Of a stretch of 64,000 nucleotides of DNA, positions 50,821-59,915 are shown piece by piece (position 1 is the first letter of the stretch; every line of letters starts with the position of its first letter). The stretch lies in the NCBI GenBank assembly GCA_038316355.1, contig JBBQAO010000006.1, positions 15,957-79,956 on the forward strand. Direction: 5' to 3'. Source of the stretch: Burkholderiales bacterium. GTDB lineage: Bacteria; Pseudomonadota; Gammaproteobacteria; Burkholderiales; SG8-41. Under the pieces are notes generated by a model. That model ran no database searches. It was not told the origin of the DNA and saw only the letters and a list, made by a program, of their open reading frames with translations. Position numbers and translations under genes: made by a program.

Positions 50821-51144
50821 ATGCTGCCCGGTCCACTGCAGGCGCCCACCACAACAGGTATCCACGCCTTCAGGCCTGGTGCCGCGAAGGCAGTGCAGCC
50901 TGCAGCGCCGAAAACCGTGGATAAGGCCGCAATGCGCGAAGCCATTGTCATCGCCAACAAGGCCATGCAATCGCTCGAATATGGACTGGAATTCAGCATG
51001 GACAACGAATCAGGCGAGATGATGGTGCGGGTGATTGACCGCGCAACCCGCGAGGTGATCCGGCAGATCCCCTCCGAGGAGATGCTGGCGATCGCCCGCG
51101 CGCTGGACCGCCTGCGCGGCCTGTTGGTGAATCATGATGCTTAA
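50821..51144 (+). CDS. flaG: Flagellar protein FlaG
   Basis: The C-terminal FlaG signature is present (LEFSMDNESGEMMVRVIDRATREVIRQIPSEEMLAIA). I start it at the ATG at 50821, which is preceded by AGGA; the ORF-track TTG at 50773 lies inside a strong hairpin. Confidence 0.75.
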   Translation: MLPGPLQAPTTTGIHAFRPGAAKAVQPAAPKTVDKAAMREAIVIANKAMQSLEYGLEFSMDNESGEMMVRVIDRATREVIRQIPSEEMLAIARALDRLRGLLVNHDA

Positions 51145-51160
51145 CGCGGGGTAATCTGCC

Positions 51161-53137
51161 ATGCCCATCGCCTCTGCGGGAATCGGCTCCGGTCTGGATG
51201 TCAATGGCCTGGTCAGACAATTGATGGCACTCGAAAGCCGTCCGTTGACGACGCTGGCCACGCGGGAAGCCAAATACCAGGCCCAGCTGACCGCCTACGG
51301 CAGCCTCAAGGGCGCGCTCTCGGCATTTCAGATCAGTGTTGCAGCGCTGGCCTCCCCCACACGTTATTCCACAGTCAATGCCAGCGTCACCGACGCTGCG
51401 GTCGCCACCGCCAGCGCCGGGGCGAATGCCGTGTCCGGCACCCATACCCTGGAAGTCCAGGCACTGGCACAAGCGCAAAAGCTGGCCTCGGCGGCGCTCC
51501 CGTCAGCAACAGACGCAATCGGCAGCGGCACTCTGAGCATCCAGTTCGGCACCTATTCCGCCGGCAACTTCACCTCCAACCCGGACAAGGCGGTAAAGAC
51601 CATCATCATCGGCAGCGGCAACTCTTCGCTGGCCGGGGTACGTGACGCCATCAACGCTGCCGCCGCAGGCGTTACCGCCAGCATCATCAATGACGGCAGC
51701 GGTAACCGCCTCGTCCTCGCCTCCAATGACACTGGTCTCGCCAACGCACTCCGGATCACCGTTGCTGACGATGATCTGGTCAACACCGACCAGTCGGGCC
51801 TCTCTCGGCTGGCCTATAACGCCGCCACCGGGGGTGTCAGCAACCTTACTCAGACCGCTGCGCCTGGAAATGCGGCGCTGGTAATCGACGGTATCGCGAT
51901 CATCAAGGCATCGAACACCGTGGATGATGCGCTTGAAGGCGTCACCCTGAATCTGCTCAAAGTCAGCACACCCGGGACGACTGCGATCAGCGTCAGCCGC
52001 GACAACGCCAGCGTGCAATCCGCCGTGCAGTCCTTCGTAAAAGCCTACAACGACCTCAACAAGACCGTCACCGACCTGTCGAAGTACGACGCCGCGACCA
52101 AACGCGCCTCGACTCTGACCGGCGAAGCCACGCTGCGTTCTGTGCAGTCCCAGATGAAAGGCGCCCTCAACAACGCACTGTCATCCGCCGGGGGCGGATT
52201 CAGCACCCTTGCCGACATCGGCGTCACCTTTCAGAAGGACGGCACACTCAAGCTCGATGCGAACAGGCTGAATACGGCTCTCGCCGATCCGGGCCGCGAC
52301 ATTGCTACGCTGTTTGCAGTGGTCGGCAAACCCACCGACAGCCTGGTGTCCTACGCCGGGTTCACCGAAGACACGCGGAATGGCACATATCTGCTGAACG
52401 TCAGCCAGATTGCCACCCAGGGGCGCGCAGTCGGCAGCGGCCCCGCTGCCCTCACCATCAGCGCCGGCGTCAACGACACCCTGGACATGACCGTCGACGG
52501 GGTTGCAGCATCGCTGACCCTTGATGCCGGCACCTACACGGCGGACGCTCTCAGCGCCACCATCCAGTCCAGAGTGAACGGTGCGACAGCATTGACGGAA
52601 GCCGGCATCACCGTTTCAGTCACCCATGACGCAGGGGTGCTAAACATCACCTCCAGACGTTACGGCGCCTCATCCAGCGTGACCGTCACCGGTGGCAATG
52701 GAAAAATCGACGTCTTTGGCGCGCCGCTGGAAACCTCAGGCGTCGATGTCGCCGGAACAATCGGCGGCACGGTTGCCGTCGGATCCGGCCGCACCTTGAC
52801 TGGCAGCGCAGATGCGAGCGGCCTTGCACTGCTGATCCAGGGCGGCACCACCGGATTTCGCGGCTCGGTCACGCTGACCCGGGGATACGCCTATACGCTG
52901 GAAAAACTCGCGGCAAGAATGCTCGACAACGACAGCCTGCTCGACGGTCGTATCGACGGCATCAACGCATCGATCAAGGACATCAACGCACAGCGCGATG
53001 CGCTGTCGCGTCGACTGGAGGTCATTGAAAAACGTTACCGCGCGCAGTTCAGCGCGCTGGACGGCATGATCGCCAGCATGAGCAAGACCAGTGATTTCCT
53101 GCAACAACAACTGGCAAACCTGCCCAAGAGCAGTTAG
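51161..53137 (+). CDS. fliD: Flagellar filament capping protein FliD
   Basis: The N-terminus (GIGSGLDVNGLVRQLMALESRPL) and the C-terminal coiled coil (RYRAQFSALDGMIASM) are typical of FliD. Confidence 0.92.
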   Translation: MPIASAGIGSGLDVNGLVRQLMALESRPLTTLATREAKYQAQLTAYGSLKGALSAFQISVAALASPTRYSTVNASVTDAAVATASAGANAVSGTHTLEVQALAQAQKLASAALPSATDAIGSGTLSIQFGTYSAGNFTSNPDKAVKTIIIGSGNSSLAGVRDAINAAAAGVTASIINDGSGNRLVLASNDTGLANALRITVADDDLVNTDQSGLSRLAYNAATGGVSNLTQTAAPGNAALVIDGIAIIKASNTVDDALEGVTLNLLKVSTPGTTAISVSRDNASVQSAVQSFVKAYNDLNKTVTDLSKYDAATKRASTLTGEATLRSVQSQMKGALNNALSSAGGGFSTLADIGVTFQKDGTLKLDANRLNTALADPGRDIATLFAVVGKPTDSLVSYAGFTEDTRNGTYLLNVSQIATQGRAVGSGPAALTISAGVNDTLDMTVDGVAASLTLDAGTYTADALSATIQSRVNGATALTEAGITVSVTHDAGVLNITSRRYGASSSVTVTGGNGKIDVFGAPLETSGVDVAGTIGGTVAVGSGRTLTGSADASGLALLIQGGTTGFRGSVTLTRGYAYTLEKLAARMLDNDSLLDGRIDGINASIKDINAQRDALSRRLEVIEKRYRAQFSALDGMIASMSKTSDFLQQQLANLPKSS

Positions 53138-53163
53138 CAACGGCAAATACCAAGGAGAATGAA

Positions 53164-53634
53164 ATGTTTGCAACAGTGCGTAATCAGCTTTCCGCCTATC
53201 AACGGGTGTGCGTAGAAACCGATGTGCTCACCGCGGATTCGCATAAACTCGTGCTGATGCTGTTCGAGGGCGCGCTGCTTGCACTTGCCGATGCACAATT
53301 GCACATGCAGCGGCGCGAAACCGCCGAAAAAGGACTCGCACTCTCCAAAGCGCTGATGATCATCGACGGCGGGCTCAAAGCCAGTCTCGACGTCAAGGCC
53401 GGGGGCAAGCTTGGCGAGCATCTGGCAGCGCTTTACGATTACATGTGCGACCGCCTGCTACACGCCAACCTGCATAACAGGGTGGATATCGTCGAAGAAA
53501 TACGCCAGCTTTTGCTCGGGTTGCGCGGTGCATGGTTGCAAATCAGCCCTGAAAAAACACAACCACCGGTGCATCAAGCCTACGCCGCTCAATCTGTCGT
53601 TGCCACCCAAAGCAGCACTTCAGTTCTGGCCTGA
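53164..53634 (+). CDS. fliS: Flagellin-specific export chaperone FliS
   Basis: The AYQRV start, the LMLFEGAL and LYDYM segments, the position after fliD and the size all fit FliS, with a C-terminal extension. Confidence 0.9.
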   Translation: MFATVRNQLSAYQRVCVETDVLTADSHKLVLMLFEGALLALADAQLHMQRRETAEKGLALSKALMIIDGGLKASLDVKAGGKLGEHLAALYDYMCDRLLHANLHNRVDIVEEIRQLLLGLRGAWLQISPEKTQPPVHQAYAAQSVVATQSSTSVLA

Positions 53635-53639
53635 CACCA

Positions 53640-53960
53640 ATGGATAATCAACAGGTTATCGCAATATTCGAAGATGCAGCCAGACTGACCCGGGAGATGC
53701 TGGGGGACGCGCGCGCGCAACAGTGGGATAACGTCGCGGCCAAGGAAAAACGGTGCGCCGAAGAGCTGGCCAGACTACCATCAACCATGCCCGGGGAGGC
53801 AGATCCCGTGCACCAGCGACGCAAGGCCGAGCTGATCCGCGACATGCTCGAAAATAACGCCGAGATCCGCATGCTGGCCGAGCCCTGGCTCGCGCGTCTG
53901 TCCGAACTGATCGGCTGCACCCGGCAGCAGTCACGCCTGCACCGCATGTATCGCGATTGA
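53640..53960 (+). CDS. fliT: FliT-like flagellar chaperone
   Basis: The 106-aa helical acidic protein lies immediately after fliS, and the QQWDNV and KEKRC segments resemble FliT. The call rests mostly on position and composition. Confidence 0.6.
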   Translation: MDNQQVIAIFEDAARLTREMLGDARAQQWDNVAAKEKRCAEELARLPSTMPGEADPVHQRRKAELIRDMLENNAEIRMLAEPWLARLSELIGCTRQQSRLHRMYRD

Positions 53961-53990
53961 TGAAACTGAATCGACGCAACCGTACCCCCC

Positions 53991-54992
53991 ATGTTCAACC
54001 GACTTGCAGACCGCGTGCGACTGCGCACGCAAAACGGCGCATCTGAAACGTCCCGAGGTCCTGCTGCATCCCCGGGTGCGCGGCCACGCGAACTCGCGCC
54101 GGGTGATGTCGTGCAGGGATATGTGGAGTCGGTGCAAGATGACGGCATCGCAAAAGTGTTTATCGAGCACCGTCCTTACCTGCTGCGGTTGCCGATCGAC
54201 GTAAAAGCCGGTTATGCACTGCAGTTGACGGTGAGTGCGCGCGATCCGGCGCTGCGCTTTACGCTGAGCGAAAATCCTGATTCGCCAGATCCTGGCACCC
54301 GCTTGAGCGAGGCTGCCCGGTTCATTACGGCGCTGCTGGCGGAAAGCGAGAAATTGCCGGTAACGCGCGCAGTAACAGGCGGCATCCCCCTGTTGCCGAA
54401 TCCGCCGCTTGACGGCGCCGAGATGGCGGATGCGCTGCAGCATGCTTTCACCGAAAGCGGCATGTTCTATGAAGCCCACCAGGCGCAATGGGTTGCCGGT
54501 GAACGTCCACTGGATTCGCTGATGAACGAGCCGCAGGCGCGGCTGTCGCCGCTCACCCCGGGCAGCACGAACGAATCCGACGCCACTGGCGCGACCATCA
54601 TTCAGAACACAGACGAACTGCCGGTACATCGCGATGCATTGCCCATTGTCAGACAGCAACTGGAGACTCTGGACAGCCGGAAAATCGTATGGCGGGGCCT
54701 GGTCTGGAACGATCAGCCTCTGGAATGGCACATTTCCCAACCGGCAACCGGCGGCCAGGCGTTCGATGAGGAGCCAGCCTGGCATGCGCGTCTCGTGCTC
54801 ACCCTGCCACGCCTCGGCACTCTGGCGGTGACATTGCTCGTCAGCAGCCGTGCTGCATCCATCAGCATCGAGCCCACTGCGTCAGAAACTGCAAAGGAGA
54901 TCGCCCTGCACCGCAAAAGACTGTTGCAGGCACTGCAAGCCTCTGGCATCCACCCAGTCACCGTATCGATTGACATCGATGAAATACGCTGA
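53991..54992 (+). CDS. FliK-like protein (flagellar hook-length control C-terminal domain), second copy in the window
   Basis: The C-terminal ~90 aa (AWHARLVLTLPRLGTLAVTLLVSSRAASISIEPTASETAKEIALHRKRLLQALQASGI) resemble the Flg_hook/FliK C-terminal domain. The N-terminus is not conserved-looking. Confidence 0.6.
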   Translation: MFNRLADRVRLRTQNGASETSRGPAASPGARPRELAPGDVVQGYVESVQDDGIAKVFIEHRPYLLRLPIDVKAGYALQLTVSARDPALRFTLSENPDSPDPGTRLSEAARFITALLAESEKLPVTRAVTGGIPLLPNPPLDGAEMADALQHAFTESGMFYEAHQAQWVAGERPLDSLMNEPQARLSPLTPGSTNESDATGATIIQNTDELPVHRDALPIVRQQLETLDSRKIVWRGLVWNDQPLEWHISQPATGGQAFDEEPAWHARLVLTLPRLGTLAVTLLVSSRAASISIEPTASETAKEIALHRKRLLQALQASGIHPVTVSIDIDEIR

Positions 54993-55272
54993 GACAAAAA
55001 CGTCCGCCATCGCGCGGGTATACAGCGTACGCGGGGAAACGACATGTGCTTCGGCGCAGGATGATCGACTAATCGCAGAGAACATTATCCGAACCTCGCG
55101 CGAAGCAGGCATCTACGCCCACCAATCTCCATCGCTGGTCGCGTTGTTGATGAAAGTCGATCTTGATGCCCGGATCCCGCCCCGGCTGTACACGGCAACC
55201 GCGGAATTGCTGGTGTGGCTGCATCAAATCGACACCACTGCCGAACCGGGAAACGCCTCGCAGAAGGGTTGA
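54979..55272 (+). CDS. FlhB C-terminal-domain-only protein (EscU/YscU/FlhB switch-domain homolog, YlqH-like)
   Basis: The 97-aa product aligns by eye with the post-cleavage FlhB subdomain (AIARVYS, LIAENIIRTSREAGIYAHQSPSLVALL, RIPPRLYTATAELLVWLHQI). No NPTH motif and no membrane domain are present. The start overlaps the upstream gene by 14 nt. Confidence 0.75.
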   Translation: MKYAETKTSAIARVYSVRGETTCASAQDDRLIAENIIRTSREAGIYAHQSPSLVALLMKVDLDARIPPRLYTATAELLVWLHQIDTTAEPGNASQKG

Positions 55273-55452
55273 AAACGGGCTGCGCTGCCCGGCGATGCGC
55301 GGTCACCGGCAATTGCCGCGGTCACACGAATTCCCCGGATTATTCCGCCCTGTTCCGCGCTTTGCATGCTTTGCGGTTCGCTAGACTTGCGCTACAGGAT
55401 ACCGCTCAACCACGTTCAGACATAGTCAACTGCAGACACAGGACCGCGCACC

Positions 55453-56184
55453 ATGGCTGTATCACACAACGCCTTCATGATCGGGGCAAAACTCGAAATC
55501 CTGCATATCCTCAACGCGCTGATGCGCAAGGCGGCGCTGATAACCGTCAACATCGATGCCCGCGAGTTCTTCCTGACCTCGCTGCTCGGCATCGATGAAA
55601 AGTCGAACCGCCTGTACTTTGAACGCGGACGAGCCTCAGCCGGAATCCCGAACATCAGGACAGACCGGAAAATCTCATATCGAACCAAACTCGATCAGGT
55701 GGAGATCCGCTTCAGTAGCACCGGCATGCGCAGCACGATTTATGCCGGAAACGAGGCTTATGAAATTCCATTGCCTGAAGAATTGCAGCGTATACAGCGC
55801 CGCGATTCGTACCGCGTACAAACCCCGCTGATCAAGGCGCTTAAATGCCGGCTCACCCGCGAGGACGCACCAAAATTGGACGCTGTGGAACTGAACATCA
55901 TCAACATCAGTTGCGGTGGCATCGCAATCCAGTGTCCGCCTGAACAATTCAAACCGCAAATCGGCGACCGCTACGATTGCTTACTGCTGCTTCCGGGCTC
56001 GTCGGGACTTCAGGTGACTGTGACGGTCTGCGATACCAATGAAACCAAACTGCTGAACGGCAACAAGAGCCGGCATACGGGCTGCGCCCTTGTCGCACCT
56101 CCGGAAAGCACGCGTGCAGCCATCCAGCGCTATATCATGACAATGGAGCGGCAGCAGCGCATGCAACACGCAGCGCACAATTGA
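55453..56184 (+). CDS. ycgR: PilZ-domain flagellar brake protein YcgR (PilZN + PilZ)
   Basis: The c-di-GMP binding motifs RRDSYR (RxxxR) and NISCGG ([D/N]xSxxG) are present, and the ~240-aa size and flagellar context fit YcgR. Confidence 0.85.
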   Translation: MAVSHNAFMIGAKLEILHILNALMRKAALITVNIDAREFFLTSLLGIDEKSNRLYFERGRASAGIPNIRTDRKISYRTKLDQVEIRFSSTGMRSTIYAGNEAYEIPLPEELQRIQRRDSYRVQTPLIKALKCRLTREDAPKLDAVELNIINISCGGIAIQCPPEQFKPQIGDRYDCLLLLPGSSGLQVTVTVCDTNETKLLNGNKSRHTGCALVAPPESTRAAIQRYIMTMERQQRMQHAAHN

Positions 56185-56228
56185 GAAACGGGCAAATCGC
56201 CCTCCACACACAAGACGACCATCACTGG

Positions 56229-57557
56229 TCAGCCGAGCAGATTTCTCGTCGCCTCCACCGCCTTGTCCAGCTCTTCGCCTGCCGAATCAAGGTCGGCGTC
56301 TCCCGGAAACAGCTGTGCTTTTGATGCTGCCGCGTCAAGATCCCCGGGAGTTGCAAGCGCTTCGCCATACCCCCTGGAGCGAGCCAGCAGATTGGCCAGG
56401 TGCACAATCAGCAGCTGGCGGGACATCGTCTTGGCGCTGCCAAGATCATCGTGGTATCCGGCCACGACCAGGAAATCTTCGTCAAACCGCCAGCGCCGCA
56501 TCAGAGCAACGCCGAACTGCGCATGATGGGTGCGCAGGAACATGCGAAACAGGGCAGCGCCTTCTTCGCCTTCGATGAGTTTGCCGCCGACATCGGACTG
56601 TGCAATCGCATGCAGCATGGCCAGCTTGCCGACATCGTGCAAAAGGCCGAGCGAGAACAGCTTGGTGGTGGGAGCCCTTTCAACCAACCGCCCCAATATC
56701 ATGCATGCGTGGGCGCAAGCCATGCTGTGCACCCACAGTTCATCCAGGAACGGCATATATGCAGGACTGCGCGAGCTGTAAAGCGAACGTTTTGCCAGCA
56801 TCTCGGCCATGTTGCATGCACCCGCGAGGCCGATGCGGCTCACCGCGTTTTCGATGGTGTCAACCTTGCGGACATTCGCATACTGTGCCGAGTTGGCGAC
56901 CTGGAGCAGTTTCGCACTGACTGCCGCGTCCTGTGAAAGCAGCCGGGAGATCTCGCTGATACCGACGTCGGTGTCCAGCAGTTCACGCAACTTCATCGCG
57001 ATCTGCGGATAGGCCGGAAGCGCGAGATCGCCGCTGCGCAGACGCACCGCCAGTTCTTCATTGAAGCTGCGCTTCGGAGATACCGGCACCACCGGCCGTG
57101 CCGCGCCAACGGCATGGTCGCGCCCCGCCTTGGCGTCATTCTCCAGTTCGCCAATGCGCTTGCGCAACTCGGCCACCTCGCTTCGTAGCGCAACACTGGC
57201 GCAATTTCTCGAGATCACTTCTTCCAAAGCTTGCGGCACTATGTCTTCGTAGGCTTTCACCTTCACCAGATAGCAGGCGGCACCCTTGCACATCGCGGTG
57301 ACAGCGCGAGCCTGGTCCTCCACCGTCGTGGTCACCAGCAAGGGCACGGGCATCCGCCTGAACGTTTCCAGCAAAGCGCCGGTTTTATCCCCGTCAATGA
57401 TGTTCAGATCGAGGATCAGCGCAACCGACCCGGACACTGCGACGCTCAGCATGGCAGCATCGACCACGATTTTTACTTCGTACAGCGGCGCAAGCGCGGC
57501 CGACAGGGCGCGCGATTCTCCCGGATTGCGGTTCGCGACAATGACAGTTTTCAACAT
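56229..57557 (-). CDS. Atypical receiver-like domain fused to an HDOD domain
   Basis: The N-terminal CheY-like fold keeps the central Asp (LILDLNI), Thr and Lys, but has AN in place of the acidic DD pair (VIVANRNP). The C-terminal half is HDOD-like (LPAYPQIAMKLRELL, LGLLHDVGKL). I start it at the ATG at 57557 (MLKTVIV) rather than 57581. Confidence 0.8.
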   Translation of the reverse strand: MLKTVIVANRNPGESRALSAALAPLYEVKIVVDAAMLSVAVSGSVALILDLNIIDGDKTGALLETFRRMPVPLLVTTTVEDQARAVTAMCKGAACYLVKVKAYEDIVPQALEEVISRNCASVALRSEVAELRKRIGELENDAKAGRDHAVGAARPVVPVSPKRSFNEELAVRLRSGDLALPAYPQIAMKLRELLDTDVGISEISRLLSQDAAVSAKLLQVANSAQYANVRKVDTIENAVSRIGLAGACNMAEMLAKRSLYSSRSPAYMPFLDELWVHSMACAHACMILGRLVERAPTTKLFSLGLLHDVGKLAMLHAIAQSDVGGKLIEGEEGAALFRMFLRTHHAQFGVALMRRWRFDEDFLVVAGYHDDLGSAKTMSRQLLIVHLANLLARSRGYGEALATPGDLDAAASKAQLFPGDADLDSAGEELDKAVEATRNLLG

Positions 57558-57584
57558 CTGGAAAAGTATCCTTTGACCCATGGT

Positions 57585-57611
57585 TCAACGGCCGGATACG
57601 CGGAATCTTTA
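57585..57611 (-). promoter_or_regulatory. Sigma-28-like promoter candidate for the REC-like/HDOD gene
   Basis: The minus strand reads TAAAGATT-N11-GCCGTTGA. It is compatible only with the downstream start at 57557, which leaves a leader of about 20-25 nt containing AAGGA. Confidence 0.4.
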
Positions 57612-57748
57612 AGCAGATTTGCGACGACGCATGGCGCCGGCATGAGCGGATTCCGGATCATGGCCCGCTTGAGAAACGGCGCAGGGAACAGCTTAAAACC
57701 GCCTGGTTATGGTTCCGGGTGCCTGCCGGCGGCGGTAGAACTATGCCT

Positions 57749-58078
57749 CTACACCTGCATGTTCATGATGTCGTGATAGGCAGAAACCAGCCGATTGCGT
57801 ACTTGAACCGTCTGCTGGAACCCGATATTCGCCTTCTGCAGCGAAATCATCACGTCCTGCAAATTGGTGCCCGGAACACCCAGTTCGAACTGCTTTGCCA
57901 TCTGGACGGCCTGTTGCTGGCGGCCGTTCACACTGTCGAGGGAAGTCTTGAAGACCGTCGCAAAATCCGCTTGCTTGATGCCATTGAGCTCAGCTGCAGG
58001 CGCTGCTTTGTTAATGCCGGTGCGCGCAGCCGCACTGCGCAACTGCGCAAGAACCTGGTCAATCGCACTGGTTTCCAT
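57749..58078 (-). CDS. fliE: Flagellar hook-basal body complex protein FliE
   Basis: The C-terminal FliE signature is present (MISLQKANIGFQQTVQVRNRLVSAYHDIMNMQV). I start it at the ATG at 58078, which is preceded by GGAGG. Confidence 0.9.
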   Translation of the reverse strand: METSAIDQVLAQLRSAAARTGINKAAPAAELNGIKQADFATVFKTSLDSVNGRQQQAVQMAKQFELGVPGTNLQDVMISLQKANIGFQQTVQVRNRLVSAYHDIMNMQV

Positions 58079-58307
58079 GAAGCCTCCGGCCATCGGATGT
58101 CTGCTGCGTGATTGCCGTTGTGGCTGATCTGATCGCACCAGATGGAACGCATCATAAGAACACCCACCGGAGGCACAACGGCAAAACAGGACCGGAAAAC
58201 CGGCGTTATCCGGCGCATCCCTCCCGGAACACGTGTTGATAATCGGATCACTGCCAAAAACACGGCATCAACGCTACAGATCACCGCATGAACAGCCGAT
58301 AACGCCG

Positions 58308-59915
58308 ATGGATACCCAAGCACAAACACTCGCCATCCCCGCACGGGGAGTCATGCCTCTCCTCAATCCGCAGCGTCTCGGGTTCATGCTGGCCACGGCT
58401 ACTGTGGTCGCCGTGCTGGTCGCCGGATACATGTGGAGCCAGACACCCGACTATCGAGTGCTCTACGGCAACCTTTCGGACCGCGACGGCGGTGCCGTCA
58501 TAGCCGCACTTCAGCAAATGAACGTTCCCTACAAGTTCGCTGAAGGCGGCGCATTGTCGGTACCGGCGGGACAGGTGCATGAGGTAAGGCTGCGGCTGGC
58601 AGGACAAGGACTGCCCAAGGGCGGACTGATCGGATTCGAAGTGATGGAAAGTCAGAAATTCGGTACCAGCCAGTTTGCCGAGCAAATCAACTACCAGAGG
58701 GGTCTCGAGGGTGAACTCGCACGCTCGATACAGGCCCTCTCCTCGGTGCAGAGCGCACGTGTCCATCTCGCACTGGCGCGACAAACCGCTTTCCTCAGGG
58801 AGCAGTCGAAACCCAGCGCCTCGGTGATTCTCGGCCTCTTCCCCGGGCGCACCCTGGATGCGACACAGGTCAGCGCTGTTGTTCACCTGGTCAGCAACAG
58901 TGTCCCCGACCTTCAGGCCAAGAATGTCAGTATCGTCGATCAGCACGGCAACCTGCTCAGCGCGCCCAGCACTGAAAGCGCACGCGGCGTCCTCGAACCG
59001 ACGCAGATCAAATACCGCCACGATCTCGAGCAGAGTTACATCAGCCGCATTGAGGCGATAATCTCGCCGCTGACCGGCGCCGCGAATGTCCGGGCCCAGG
59101 TGACGGCCGATCTCGATTTCACCCAGAGCGAACACGCCGAGGAGATTTACAAGCCGAACCAGGCAACGGCGGATTCCGCGGTACGCAGCCGACAGACCAG
59201 CGAAACGAATGCCGCTAGCGCCGCAACGACAGGCGGCGTCCCCGGCGCGCTCTCCAACCAGCCGCCGGCCCAGCCGACCAGCCCGGTCACCGGCGTCGCC
59301 ACCACTTTGACGGCACAACCGGCACCTTCCAGCGCGCGCAAGGATGCGACCATCAACTACGAGGTCGACCGAACCATACGCCACACGCGACAGGAACTCG
59401 GACGCATCAAACGGCTTGCCGTCGCGGTGGTCGTAAACCACCGTTCAAAAATCGACGCCAAGGGCAAGGAGACTCTGGCTCCGCTGAGCGAGGCCGAACT
59501 CGCGAAACTGACCAACCTGGTCAAGGAAGTGATGGGCTACAGCCAGGAACGCGGCGACACGATCAGCGTCATCAACAGCCCGTTCAGCGTCGCCGCGAAG
59601 GAGAAGCTGCCGGAAATTCCGGTGTGGAAAGATCCGGAAACGCTGGATCTCGCCAAGGTAATCGGCAAAAACGCGCTGATCGCGGGCGTGCTGCTGTTCA
59701 TCGTGCTGGTTGTGCTGAAGCCGGTGCTCAAGTCCTACGCGCTGGTGGCACCGCTGCAGCTCGAATCCGGGACCGGCCGGACACCGGAAGAAAACCAGAT
59801 CGCACAACTGGGCAGCTACGAGCAACAAGTCGACCACGCCAAACAGATTGCACGTTCCGATCCCAGGGTCGTGGCCAATGTGGTCAAGGATTGGGTAGGC
59901 AGTAATGGAAAATGA
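58308..59915 (+). CDS. fliF: Flagellar MS-ring protein FliF
   Basis: The protein aligns by eye with FliF along its length (TPDYRVLYGNLSDRDGGAV, GLPKGG, NYEVDRTIRHT, DPRVVANVVKDWV). I start it at the ATG at 58308. Confidence 0.95.
   Translation: MDTQAQTLAIPARGVMPLLNPQRLGFMLATATVVAVLVAGYMWSQTPDYRVLYGNLSDRDGGAVIAALQQMNVPYKFAEGGALSVPAGQVHEVRLRLAGQGLPKGGLIGFEVMESQKFGTSQFAEQINYQRGLEGELARSIQALSSVQSARVHLALARQTAFLREQSKPSASVILGLFPGRTLDATQVSAVVHLVSNSVPDLQAKNVSIVDQHGNLLSAPSTESARGVLEPTQIKYRHDLEQSYISRIEAIISPLTGAANVRAQVTADLDFTQSEHAEEIYKPNQATADSAVRSRQTSETNAASAATTGGVPGALSNQPPAQPTSPVTGVATTLTAQPAPSSARKDATINYEVDRTIRHTRQELGRIKRLAVAVVVNHRSKIDAKGKETLAPLSEAELAKLTNLVKEVMGYSQERGDTISVINSPFSVAAKEKLPEIPVWKDPETLDLAKVIGKNALIAGVLLFIVLVVLKPVLKSYALVAPLQLESGTGRTPEENQIAQLGSYEQQVDHAKQIARSDPRVVANVVKDWVGSNGK

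Noticed and set aside
58225-58239. A sigma-54-like CGGAAC-N5-TTGA upstream of fliF, and a GG...GC pair on the minus strand upstream of fliE.
   Set aside because: The fliF candidate lacks the -12 GC (it reads GA) and has further mismatches in the -24 element. The fliE-side candidate has GG-N9-GC spacing instead of N10. Neither is good enough to call without data.
58293-58300. A perfect sigma-28 -10 octamer GCCGATAA just upstream of fliF.
   Set aside because: It ends only 7 nt before the fliF ATG at 58308, so any transcript would be leaderless or start inside the gene. The -35 region (TACAGATC) is mediocre, and fliF is normally an early, not FliA-dependent, gene. It is most likely fortuitous.
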